A stretch of 64,000 nucleotides of DNA, from the NCBI GenBank assembly GCA_038230535.1, contig JBBRNB010000006.1, positions 10,531-74,530 on the forward strand. Direction: 5' to 3'. Under the pieces are notes generated by a model. It was not told the DNA's origin, searched no databases, and saw only the letters and a list, made by a program, of their open reading frames with translations. The stretch is from Thermoanaerobaculia bacterium. Its GTDB lineage: Bacteria > Acidobacteriota > Thermoanaerobaculia > Gp7-AA8. Positions 25,319 to 34,118 of the stretch are shown piece by piece (position 1 is the stretch's first letter; the number at the start of each line of letters is the position of its first letter). Both the position numbers and the translations under genes were made by a program.

Positions 25319-26899
25319 GTGCGCCGGCGAGTCCAGATCTCCTTTCTATCCGTTTTCCTGACGCTTCTGACCGTCGGATTTGCCGCGGCGCTGGTGGTGC
25401 GCGTCTATTCGTACTCTGAGAAGACGCCGGCTGGACCGGACGCGGTATCCACGGTACGGCGGCAGCCGCTGGTGGCGAAGGGGACGACTGTCGCCCCGCG
25501 AACGACCTATCTTCCCCTTCCGGCCGGCGAGGCATCCAATTCGGCGGTGAGTGGGACGACGGCAACATCGTCCTCATCTCCCGCCGCGAAGACACGTGCT
25601 CAGCGTTTCCGCGAATTGCTCGCCCTCGATGTGCCGAAACCGGTAGCCACGCCGCCGGTGTCCGCGAAGCCGCAGCCGAAGACCGCTTCCCCGGCCCCGC
25701 CGGTAAAGCCGCAGTCGGCGATCACGAAACTGCTGCAGCCGATCGTGAATGCGTTCAGCGGCTCGAGACCCGCGCCGGTCCCCTCGACGACGCAAACGCC
25801 GCAGCCGAATGGCAAGACGAACACCGGCACCGCCGATCCGCGCGACCCGAACTCCGACACAACGCCTCCGCAACTCCTCTCCGTCAACTTCGATCCGCCG
25901 CAAGTGCAGGACGGTGGTGATACCACGCTCATCATCGTCGCCACGGACGACCTCTCCGGGATCCGCGGCATCTCCGGCACGCTGACCAGCCCGAACGGCA
26001 AGGCGGTGCAGGGCTTTGCGCAGCAGCGGGACGGCGAGACGACGCGGTATGTGAGCCGAATCCATATTCCGGAGAAGGCGGAGGAGGGGATCTGGAAGGT
26101 GAGCTTCCTGACGATGAGCGACATGGCCACGAACTCAGTAACGCTCAGCTCCGCGCAAGGAAGCCTTCCCCCGACCGCGGTACTGAAAGTGATCTCCTCC
26201 GCATCCGACTCGACTCCCCCCACGCTGACCAACGTCTGGCTGGACCGGCGGGCCATGCGTGCCGGTGAGCACAACACGCTCTATGTCGATGCCACGGACG
26301 ACAAGTCGGGAGTTCATCTCATCGCTGCGGTCTTCCTCAGCCCCTCGAAGTTCGCGCGCATCGGCGTCGGGTGCCAGAAAGGGGCAAACGACGTCTGGCA
26401 GTGTGACCTCTTTCCCCCCACCTGCCTCGACTGTGGCGACTGGACGCTCGAACAGGTCCAACTCCAGGACAACGCCACCAACTTCAACACCGTGCGCAGC
26501 GAGAATCCGGCCGTGGCGGCCATCCGTCTCAATATCACCGCCAACAGTTGCGACAACACGCCGCCCGTGTTGCAGGGTCTGACTTTGAATCGTAACGAGC
26601 TGATCATGTCGCGTGAAGAGCCCGTCATCGAGTTCACGGCGCAGGTCACCGATGACAATTGCGGCGTCGGCGGCGTGAGCGGGCAGATCGTCGGACCGGG
26701 CAGCAGCTCAAGCGGGACATTCTTCTCGTTTACGAGGAGAGACGGGAACACGTACGCCGGCACAGTTCGCCTCGATGCTCACTCGGCACGTGGCGTATGG
26801 CGGCTGCAATCGCTCACCGTGAATGATGTCGGGCAGAATCTGAAGATCTACTACGGGACCGACCCGTTGCTGTCGCGGGCCATGTTCACGGTGAAGTAG
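25319..26899 (+). CDS. membrane-anchored protein with a Pro/Ser/Thr-rich linker and three homologous Ig-like repeat domains of about 100 aa
   Basis: The unit PP.L....DPP.V..G....L...ATDD.SG.......L.SP.GK... recurs three times. N-terminal TM helix. GTG start at 25319 preferred; the track start is a TTG at 25298. Confidence 0.7.
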   Translation: MRRRVQISFLSVFLTLLTVGFAAALVVRVYSYSEKTPAGPDAVSTVRRQPLVAKGTTVAPRTTYLPLPAGEASNSAVSGTTATSSSSPAAKTRAQRFRELLALDVPKPVATPPVSAKPQPKTASPAPPVKPQSAITKLLQPIVNAFSGSRPAPVPSTTQTPQPNGKTNTGTADPRDPNSDTTPPQLLSVNFDPPQVQDGGDTTLIIVATDDLSGIRGISGTLTSPNGKAVQGFAQQRDGETTRYVSRIHIPEKAEEGIWKVSFLTMSDMATNSVTLSSAQGSLPPTAVLKVISSASDSTPPTLTNVWLDRRAMRAGEHNTLYVDATDDKSGVHLIAAVFLSPSKFARIGVGCQKGANDVWQCDLFPPTCLDCGDWTLEQVQLQDNATNFNTVRSENPAVAAIRLNITANSCDNTPPVLQGLTLNRNELIMSREEPVIEFTAQVTDDNCGVGGVSGQIVGPGSSSSGTFFSFTRRDGNTYAGTVRLDAHSARGVWRLQSLTVNDVGQNLKIYYGTDPLLSRAMFTVK

Positions 26900-27569
26900 T
26901 ACCCTTCTCGTTCCACACCTTCGACAACCGGTTGGCCGGCACTCCGGGCACATCGCCGCAATAGTGAGACGTGTCGTTGAACAGCGTCAGACGTGGATGG
27001 GTGATGTCCTTGAAGTCGAGGATGTTGAGAGCACAGGGGCTCTGGTCGAGGCGATCGCGGTACTTGCGGGGATCGAAGCCGAGGAGAGAGCTGAGGAGGA
27101 GGCGGATCGTCGCTTTGTGCGAGACCACCACGATCCGCTGGCCGTCATGTTCTTCGACGATCTTCAGCAGTGCCGGCAACGCTCGCGCCGTAACCTGGAG
27201 GCCACTCTCTCCCTCGGTCGGCGCAAACGAGAACGGGTCGGTCTCATAGCGTGCGTATTCTTCAGGGAACTCGTGCTCGACCTCGGCACGCGTCTTCCGC
27301 TCCCATCGGCCGTGCGCGATCTCGCGCAGTCCGTCGACGGGTGCGACCGCGAGGCCATGTGGTGCGACGATGAGGCCGGCAGTATCCATTGTTCGGGTCA
27401 TCGGGCTGGCGAAGGCGACGCTGATCGGCTCCGTTGCCAGACGCTGCCCGAGTAGCCGGGCCTGCTCGCGGCCTTCGTCCGAGAGCTGAACGTCGATGGC
27501 GCCGGCGAAACGGTCTTCAGCACTCAGTTCCGTCGCCCCGTGGCGGACGAGATAGACGCGGGTAGTCAT
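26886..27569 (-). CDS. histidine phosphatase family protein (phosphoglycerate mutase-like)
   Basis: LVRHGATE catalytic RHG motif at the N-terminus and a conserved H near the C-terminal third (VVVSHKATIR). Confidence 0.85.
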   Translation of the reverse strand: MTTRVYLVRHGATELSAEDRFAGAIDVQLSDEGREQARLLGQRLATEPISVAFASPMTRTMDTAGLIVAPHGLAVAPVDGLREIAHGRWERKTRAEVEHEFPEEYARYETDPFSFAPTEGESGLQVTARALPALLKIVEEHDGQRIVVVSHKATIRLLLSSLLGFDPRKYRDRLDQSPCALNILDFKDITHPRLTLFNDTSHYCGDVPGVPANRLSKVWNEKGTTSP

Positions 27570-27599
27570 CGGTTCAGCATCGTAGCAGACGGGAAGAGT

Positions 27600-27676
27600 G
27601 AGTGTAGAGCCGCCGCCCTCGAGGGCCGGGTGCCTGCGCCACGACGATGGCCGCCGAGGGCGGCGGCTCTACACTC
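27600..27676. promoter_or_regulatory. perfect 22-bp inverted repeat (GAGTGTAGAGCCGCCGCCCTCG ... CGAGGGCGGCGGCTCTACACTC) with a 33-bp spacer
   Basis: Read directly. Lies 31 bp upstream of the phosphatase start, in the 550-bp divergent region shared with the S1-protein gene. Confidence 0.6.
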
Positions 27677-27734
27677 TTGAAGTGGAGCAAGAAAAGCAAG
27701 GGCTCGCGATCCCTGATCTCGCGAGCCCGTTCTC

Positions 27735-27915
27735 GATCCGTTGACAGCCACCAGGGGGCATCCGAACCGACTTTGGTTCCGACGTCCTTTGCCCGTCGCA
27801 ACCGCTCGCCACGCGTTGACAGCCGCAAGGAAGCATCCGCGTGGCAGTCCCGGCACCCATCGCGTTCCGGAACCACCCAACCCGCCGTTGACATCTGCGA
27901 TGAAGCGTCCGGCGC
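27735..27915 (+). promoter_or_regulatory. three direct repeats of about 73 bp, each with a TTGACA hexamer (CCGTTGACAGCCNC.AGG.AGCATCCG); candidate tandem promoters or operator sites in the long leader of the S1-protein gene
   Basis: TTGACA at 27741, 27816 and 27888 with similar flanks. No clear -10 hexamer was identified. Confidence 0.35.
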
Positions 27916-28121
27916 GTCAGGGATCACCAATCTAGGTCCGCATTTCACGGTTCGCAAGGGGGGTACGAAAATAGTTTTTCGATGTCGCGGACTCAGTCGG
28001 CGGAGCCTCAGGCAACCGTCGCCGCAGGCCTGTCGCCAGGTTTCCAACTTTCGAGTAAGATACGCTGCCCAGCCGATCTCGCCGACCTTGAGATCCATCC
28101 CACTGAAAGGCTTTACGATCC

Positions 28122-29534
28122 ATGACCCAGAGTAGAGAAGCCGCCGAAGCAACGTTTGCCGAGGCGTTTGAAGCGAGCCTGAATTTCAAGACCCCTGAGC
28201 AGGGCGAGTTGCTCAAAGGACAGATCGTCTCGATCTCCGGAGACGATGCTTTCGTCTCGTACGGCGGACCATCGGAAGCGGTCATGGCAGCCAACGAGCT
28301 CGACGGGCTCGATGTTGGCGACACGGTCGAAGGGACCGTGGTCAAGACTTCCCCCGAGATCCGCATCTCACGCAAGCTCGCCAAGGGGAAGGCTTCTCTC
28401 GATCTGCTCCGGCAGATGTACGAGAACCGTCTGCCGGTGGAAGCGAAGGTGGCAGCCCGTAACAAGGGCGGCTTCGACGTGAACATCGGCGGTTTGCGGG
28501 CGTTCTGTCCGCTCTCCCAGATCGCCCTCGGCAAGATCGACAATGCTGACCAGTTCATCGGCCAGTCGTACGAGTTCCGGGTGACGGAGCTGTCAGACGA
28601 TGGCCGCCGCATCGTTGTCTCCCGGGCCGCGTTGCTCAAGGAAGCCAACGCTTCCCGCGCCGAGGAGACGAGACGCAATATCGTGCCCGGCGCCGAGCTC
28701 ACCGGCTCGATCAAGACCATTACCCCTTTCGGCGCATTCGTCGACCTCGGTGGGATTGATGGCTTGCTCCATGTCTCGGAGATGAGCCGGCGACGCGTTA
28801 CCGACCCGAAGGAAGTGGTCACGGTTGGCCAGGAAGTCCGCGTCAAGGTCATCAAGGTCGAGAACGACGGCAAGCGCATCTCGCTGTCGATGAAAGACCA
28901 GGAGCCTGACCCGTGGAGCGACGTCGGCGATCGGTATCCGGCCGGCACGCAGTTCAGCGGACGTATCGTCCGCACCACCGACTTCGGTCTCTTCGTCGAA
29001 GTGGAGCCCGGCATCGACGGGCTTGTTCACTACTCGCAGCTTCCCTTCGGCGTGAAGCAGGGCGATGCCGACATCGCCATCGGTACCTCGGTTTCCGGCT
29101 GGGTGCGTGAAGTCGATCCGTCGAAGAAGCGCCTCTCGCTTTCGCTTCGCGAAGTGGCCACGCGCGATCCGTGGGAAGGTGCCTCGCAGCGCTACCCCGC
29201 GGGCAAAGTGGTCGAAGGGACCGTAGATCACGGCGGTGCCCCGGGCATCTTTGTACAGATCGAACCCGGTCTTACCGGCCTGATTCCAAACTCCGAGATA
29301 TCCGTCGCGCCAGGTGCTGATCCGTCACGCGCGCATGAGGCGGGTGAGAAGCTCATGGTCCGGATCATGAACATCGACCCGCAGCGCAAACGCATCTCTC
29401 TCTCTCACGAGGCGGCCAAGGCCGCAGCCGAGCGCGATGAGTATGTGAAGTTCGCGGAAGAGCGCGGCGACAACGAAGCGGGCGAGAGCGCGATGGCTCT
29501 GGCCTTCAAACGTGCCATGGAGAAGCGGAAGTAA
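28122..29534 (+). CDS. S1 RNA-binding domain protein (30S ribosomal protein S1-like, about 5 S1 repeats)
   Basis: Repeated S1 motifs (G.IV....FGAFVDLGGIDGLLHVSE etc.). Long 5' leader. The rpsA assignment is tentative because the protein is shorter than E. coli RpsA. Confidence 0.8.
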   Translation: MTQSREAAEATFAEAFEASLNFKTPEQGELLKGQIVSISGDDAFVSYGGPSEAVMAANELDGLDVGDTVEGTVVKTSPEIRISRKLAKGKASLDLLRQMYENRLPVEAKVAARNKGGFDVNIGGLRAFCPLSQIALGKIDNADQFIGQSYEFRVTELSDDGRRIVVSRAALLKEANASRAEETRRNIVPGAELTGSIKTITPFGAFVDLGGIDGLLHVSEMSRRRVTDPKEVVTVGQEVRVKVIKVENDGKRISLSMKDQEPDPWSDVGDRYPAGTQFSGRIVRTTDFGLFVEVEPGIDGLVHYSQLPFGVKQGDADIAIGTSVSGWVREVDPSKKRLSLSLREVATRDPWEGASQRYPAGKVVEGTVDHGGAPGIFVQIEPGLTGLIPNSEISVAPGADPSRAHEAGEKLMVRIMNIDPQRKRISLSHEAAKAAAERDEYVKFAEERGDNEAGESAMALAFKRAMEKRK

Positions 29535-30394
29535 TGCGGGTCTTCGTCACTGGTGCAACGGGATACATTGGCAGCGCGGTCGTGCCGGCGTTAGGCGATC
29601 ACGGACATGACGTGACGGCGCTCGTCCGGCCGCAGACCGACTCGAAGAGTCTTCGCGATCGCGGCGTCGCGATCGTCGACGGGGACCTTGCGTCGCTCCC
29701 GACGCTGGCCAGTTCACTCGGCGGCTACGACGCCTACCTGCACATCGCGCAAGCGAACACCCCGGACGCCGCGGCTCTGAACCGTACGGCGTTGGATGTG
29801 TTTACCGCGCAGCCAGGCTTCCTGATCTACACCTCGGGTGTCTGGGTCTGCGGCAACACGAACAACCAGATCGTCGATGAGTCGACGCCGCCCAATCCAC
29901 TCCCCATCGTGGCCTGGCGTCCGGAACAGGAACAGGCGGCGCTGGCGACAGGACGGAGCGCGGTCCTGCGTCCGGGCTGCGTCTACGGCGGGAAGCAGAG
30001 TCTCTGCCGCGGATGGTTCGAGGCCGCCGAGCAAAAGAAGCCCCTGTATCTCGTGGGCGACGGCAACAATCAGTGGGCGATGGTGAACCTGCACGATCTT
30101 GCCGATTGCTACGTTCTTGTGACCGAGCAGCGCGCCACCGGCATCCTTCACGCCGTCGATGACACGAATGAAACGCTTCTCGGATGTGCTCTGGCGGCCG
30201 CGCCGGGCTCGGTGATCGAAACGATTCCGGTCGAGACCGCACGTGAGAAATACGGCGCCTTTGCCGACGCCCTGAACATCGATCAGCGTGTCTCGAGCAC
30301 CGCCACGCGCCGAAAGATCGGTTGGAAACCTTCACGCGATTTCACGGACTCGCTGGACGAGCAGTGGGCGGAGTGGAAGAGTATCCGAGGTTAG
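29534..30394 (+). CDS. NAD(P)-dependent epimerase/dehydratase (atypical SDR/NmrA-like)
   Basis: N-terminal VTGATGYIGSAV Rossmann motif. TAATG overlap with the upstream S1 gene. Confidence 0.85.
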   Translation: MRVFVTGATGYIGSAVVPALGDHGHDVTALVRPQTDSKSLRDRGVAIVDGDLASLPTLASSLGGYDAYLHIAQANTPDAAALNRTALDVFTAQPGFLIYTSGVWVCGNTNNQIVDESTPPNPLPIVAWRPEQEQAALATGRSAVLRPGCVYGGKQSLCRGWFEAAEQKKPLYLVGDGNNQWAMVNLHDLADCYVLVTEQRATGILHAVDDTNETLLGCALAAAPGSVIETIPVETAREKYGAFADALNIDQRVSSTATRRKIGWKPSRDFTDSLDEQWAEWKSIRG

Positions 30395-30590
30395 TAGTCG
30401 ATCAGTGGGCTGGTCGATCAGTAGATTGGTCGATCAGTAGATCAGAAACATGAAACCTGATCCTGATCCACTGATCCACCGCGGTCCCTGATCCACTGAT
30501 CTACTGATCCACTGATCCACTGATCCACTGATCCACTGATCCACTGATCCACCGCGGTCCCTGATCCACCGATCACTGATCCACAGCATC
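30395..30590. repeat. large hairpin element of the GATCAGTG / CACTGATC family
   Basis: GTCGATCAGTGGGCTGGTCGATCAGTAGATTGGTCGATCAGTAGATCAG...loop...(CCACTGATC)x6. Confidence 0.85.
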
Positions 30591-31451
30591 CACCGCCTTC
30601 AAGAACCCAATCATCAACTCATTCACTTTCCCTGGCGCATCGGTCTGGACGAAGTGACCAGCGTCGGGGACGTGCTCGAGACGGAGGTCGGGGACGTACT
30701 CGCTGAAATCGCGCAGAGTCTCCTTCGTGAAAAACGGATCGAGATCGCCCCAGATCATCAAGGTCGGGATGTCGATGCGGCGAATCAAGCCGCGCATCGG
30801 TTTGCGGTGCCTCATGGCGCGGTAGTAGTTGGCCATGCCGGTGAGCGCGCCGGGCTTCGCCCATGCCTCGACATACCTCTCGATCTCCTCGGAGGTGAAG
30901 CAGCCGAGTCGTGACATGGCACGGCGCAGGACGGCGTAGCGGAAACGGCGCAGGACGAATTCCGCCAGCCATGGCAGATGGAAAAGGAGCTGATACTTGG
31001 CCCGCCACTTCTGCCGCGCCGACCGCCGCAGCTCGCGCAGGTATGTCACCGGATGCGGCGAATTGAGGATGATGAGACGGCTGACCAGCTCAGGATAGAG
31101 CATCGCCGTCAGCCAGGCCACGGCGCCACCCCAGTCATGGCCTGCCAGCGCGCACGGTGCGTCGCCACTCTGCGCGATCACGCCCGCGATGTCTTTGGCA
31201 AGCTCAGTAAGGCGGTAGGCGTCAATTTCCTGAGGCCTGGATGAGTCGTTGTAGCCCCGCAGGTCGACTGCGATGACGTGAAAGCCCGCCGCGGCGAGCA
31301 CCGGAATCTGATTCCTCCACGAATACCAGAACTCCGGGAAACCATGCAGCAGCACGATGAGCGGACCGCTCCCCGCCTCGACATAGTGGATGGTCATGCC
31401 GCCGACCTCGCACGTACGGTCGGTGACACTCAGTTCCGAAACCAGCTGCAT
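30573..31451 (-). CDS. alpha/beta hydrolase (epoxide hydrolase-like)
   Basis: HGFPEFWYSWR, GHDWGG nucleophile elbow and a C-terminal DAGHFV catalytic His. ATG at 31451 (MQLVSELS). The 162-codon upstream ORF extension translates the 21-bp repeat as heptads and was not annotated as coding. Confidence 0.85.
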   Translation of the reverse strand: MQLVSELSVTDRTCEVGGMTIHYVEAGSGPLIVLLHGFPEFWYSWRNQIPVLAAAGFHVIAVDLRGYNDSSRPQEIDAYRLTELAKDIAGVIAQSGDAPCALAGHDWGGAVAWLTAMLYPELVSRLIILNSPHPVTYLRELRRSARQKWRAKYQLLFHLPWLAEFVLRRFRYAVLRRAMSRLGCFTSEEIERYVEAWAKPGALTGMANYYRAMRHRKPMRGLIRRIDIPTLMIWGDLDPFFTKETLRDFSEYVPDLRLEHVPDAGHFVQTDAPGKVNELMIGFLKAVDAVDQ

Positions 31452-31611
31452 TGAGACATTGTATGGGAGCAGAGGAGGAGCCCACGCGAATGACTGTTGC
31501 CGGCCGAAGTCTGTGTCTGGGTTTGCGCGCGGGATCTCGCGAGCGAAGGTGCCGCTCCGCGGCACGCATTCGCCGTCTGTTTTGGGTTGGGGGGCACCAG
31601 CCCGCGCTGTG

Positions 31612-31905
31612 AAACGCCTGGCGCACACTGTCAGCCGGTGGCGCGCACTGTGAGCCGGGTGGCGCGCACTGTGAGCTGGGCGGCGCGCACTGTGAGCCGG
31701 GTGGCGCGCACTGTGAGCCGGGTGGCGCGCACTGTGAGCCGGGTGGCGCGCACTGTGAGCCGGGTGGCGCACACTGTCGGCCGGGCGGCGCACACTGTGA
31801 GCCGGGTGGCGCGCACTGTGAGCCGGGTGGCGCACACTGTCGGCCGGGCGGCGCACACTGTGAGCCGGGTGGCGCACACTGTGAGCCGGGCGGCGCACAC
31901 TGTGA
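31612..31905. repeat. 21-bp tandem repeat x about 14 (GGCGCGCACTGTGAGCCGGGT and variants)
   Basis: Read directly. The period is exactly 21 bp and sits in frame with the downstream hydrolase ORF, giving PAHS(V/A)R(H/R) heptads on the minus strand. Confidence 0.9.
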
Positions 31906-32248
31906 ATTGGGGTGATTGCCCTGCGGGCGGGATACACACCTTCGGCACCCTTCGACTCGCTGCGTTCGCTCAGGGCAGGCTCTTCTCCCCGCTGCGGAGG
32001 GGAGAAGGCGATCGATTGTAAGTTGTTGTTATAGCTGCACTTTCACATCGATGCCCCTCGCCCCACGAAGTGGGGAGAGGGAGACACGGACCCTGAGTGC
32101 AGCGAAGGGGGAGTGCGGGTGAGGGGCTGGAGTCAAGGCCTGAAGCCGGGGGGCTACGGATCTCATGCCGGCTCCGTCGGCGAAGACGAGCCAAAACATA
32201 CGCATGGCTCTTCGCACGACCGAATCGTCCGGACTCCAGTCCCTCTAC

Positions 32249-32575
32249 TCAATCCTTCTTCAGCGCCGCGTTGATCAACAGCCCCGCACCGACGGCGACG
32301 ACGGCAACACCGGCGGCTACTTTGCCCGGATTCTCCTTGGCGTACGTCGTCGCCTTCTCGCTGCCGGCCTTGAGGTAGTTGCGGACGGTGTTGAGGTACT
32401 CCTCAATATCGATTTCCTTGATCGACGTTTTGAGGTTGGCGATCATCTCTTCGCTGATGCCGAGGCGGCTGAGGAACTGGTCAAGCCCGCTGTTTGTCGC
32501 CGCGGCGCGTGACTGTCCGCAAGTCGGGCAGTATCCGGTCGTGTCCGGCGTCGATTCAGTCATCGGTGTGTCCAT
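32249..32575 (-). CDS. small membrane-anchored protein (N-terminal CxxC pair, C-terminal TM helix; YqjD/ElaB-like topology)
   Basis: CPTCGQ near the N-terminus and ENPGKVAAGVAVVAVGAGLLINAALKKD at the C-terminus. ATG start. Confidence 0.55.
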   Translation of the reverse strand: MDTPMTESTPDTTGYCPTCGQSRAAATNSGLDQFLSRLGISEEMIANLKTSIKEIDIEEYLNTVRNYLKAGSEKATTYAKENPGKVAAGVAVVAVGAGLLINAALKKD

Positions 32576-32639
32576 ACTCGTAATCTCCTGTTCGGAATCC
32601 AGTTGGGGAAAGACTACTGCAAGAGGGAAGCCGTGAATG

Positions 32640-32700
32640 AGTCGATCAGTGGATCAGACGGCGTGTTTCTGATCCACTGATCTACCAACCCACGGATCGA
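32640..32700. repeat. short GATCAGTG-family hairpin
   Basis: GTCGATCAGTGGATCAGACGGCGTGTTTCTGATCCACTGATCTAC. Confidence 0.6.
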
Positions 32701-32725
32701 CCGCAAGAACCACCCGACCCAACCC

Positions 32726-33922
32726 TCACTTCCGATACGTCACCCGCCAGATCTTTCCGGCTCCGTCATCGGAGATGAGAAGCGATCCGTCGCCGAGGAC
32801 GAGCAGACCTACGGGGCGGCCCCAGACATTGCGGCTCGTCTCGTCGGTCATCCAACCGGCGACGAAATCGTCGTAGCCACCGGTGGGGCGTCCGTTTTTG
32901 AACGGGATGCTGATGATTTTGTAGCCGGTGCGCCGCGAGCGGTTCCAGGAGCCGTGCAGGGCGACAAAGGCGCGGCCGCGGTATTCGGGCGGAAACATCG
33001 TCCCCTGATAGAAGGCGATACCGAGCGGTGCGGAGTGAGACTGGATCGGCACCGATGGGGGAATCGTTTTCCTGACCAGGTCGGGGCGCTCGCCGGCGCG
33101 GCGCGGATCCTCGTTTGCGCCAAGGTAGGCGTACGGCCAGCCGTAGAACGCGCCGGGCTGCACGCTGGTGGCGTAGTCAGGGACGAGATCGTCGCCGAGG
33201 CCGTCGCGCTCGTTCACCGCGGTCCAGAGAGCGCCGGTCACCGGCTCCCAGGCCATGCCGACCGGGTTGCGCAGGCCGGAGGCGAAAATCCGTTTGCCGC
33301 TGCCGTCCGGATTGAGCTCGAGGATGGCAGCGCGCTCGAGCTCTTCCCCCGAGTTGACGTTGGAGTGCGAGCCGACAGAGACGTACATCTTCGTCCCGGT
33401 CCGGTTGAACAGGACGCCACGCGTCGAATGACCGCCGGACGGCAGAGGGATGATCTGCTCCGGCTTCCCGTTTGCGGTTGTCTGGCCTGCCGCGTATGGA
33501 AAGCGGACGACGGCGTTTTCGTTGCCGGCGTAGAGCCAGCGGCCGTGAAAGGCGAGCCCGTAGGGATCGTCCAGACCGCTGGCGAATGTGAATCGCTGGT
33601 CAGCCACGCCGTGGTGGCCGGAGTCACGGAGGATGGTGATCTTCCCTTCGCCCGGTTCGGAGAGAATTACGTCCCCGTTCGGCGCTTGAAGCATTGCCCG
33701 CGGATTGCCGAGCTTCTCGGCAAAGAGGGTGATGCGGAACCCCGGCGGCAGGTGCAGCGTCGCATTGACGGGTTGTGCGCCGACGATTGGCGGATTCCCC
33801 GAGGAAGTCGTGGCGTACGGCTTCGGCAATTGATCGATGCGAATCTCATGATGCTGAAGTAGTGGATCGGATGGTGCGGTGACAGCGGCGGCGATGGCTG
33901 CGATGAGTAGAAGGCGTGTCAT
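32726..33922 (-). CDS. PQQ-dependent sugar dehydrogenase (soluble glucose/sorbosone dehydrogenase-like beta-propeller)
   Basis: Signal peptide. Motifs DPYGLAFH, GGHSTRGVLF, GLRNPVGMAW and HGSWNRS are typical of YliI/sGDH-family propellers. Confidence 0.8.
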   Translation of the reverse strand: MTRLLLIAAIAAAVTAPSDPLLQHHEIRIDQLPKPYATTSSGNPPIVGAQPVNATLHLPPGFRITLFAEKLGNPRAMLQAPNGDVILSEPGEGKITILRDSGHHGVADQRFTFASGLDDPYGLAFHGRWLYAGNENAVVRFPYAAGQTTANGKPEQIIPLPSGGHSTRGVLFNRTGTKMYVSVGSHSNVNSGEELERAAILELNPDGSGKRIFASGLRNPVGMAWEPVTGALWTAVNERDGLGDDLVPDYATSVQPGAFYGWPYAYLGANEDPRRAGERPDLVRKTIPPSVPIQSHSAPLGIAFYQGTMFPPEYRGRAFVALHGSWNRSRRTGYKIISIPFKNGRPTGGYDDFVAGWMTDETSRNVWGRPVGLLVLGDGSLLISDDGAGKIWRVTYRK

Positions 33923-33924
33923 TT

Positions 33925-34115
33925 TTGGTTAGGTTTGCTGGGTTGTGGGGGTCTCGCGGTCGTTGGTTACGGGGCACGAGGTTGCCAGAACGCGTAGCCT
34001 GAAGACAACGGAGCTTGAATACAAGTGAACATCCGGTAACTTGTACCCACTGATCGCGAATCACACACCCCGAGACCCAGAAACACCAGCACCCCAGCAA
34101 CCATACAATCCCCAG
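33925..34115. repeat. GTTGCTGGGTTG-family hairpin with a large loop; the right arm overlaps the DUF58 5' region
   Basis: GGTTTGCTGGGTTGTGGGGGTCTCGCGGTCGTTGGTTACGGGG ... CCCCAGCAACCATACAATCCCCAGCCC. Confidence 0.5.
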
Positions 34116-34118
34116 CCC

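Noticed and set aside
27574-28152. Several 60-190-aa ORFs in the 550-bp region upstream of the S1-protein gene
   Set aside because: They have no RBS, no homology and overlap in several frames. The region is better explained as a long regulatory leader with direct and inverted repeats.
31612-31905. Possible CRISPR or coding heptad-repeat N-terminus of the hydrolase (454-aa ORF)
   Set aside because: The units are contiguous with no spacers. The repeat-encoded N-terminus has no counterpart in alpha/beta hydrolases, and a good internal ATG (MQLVSELS) gives a normal 293-aa enzyme. Treated as a non-coding VNTR, with the alternative flagged.
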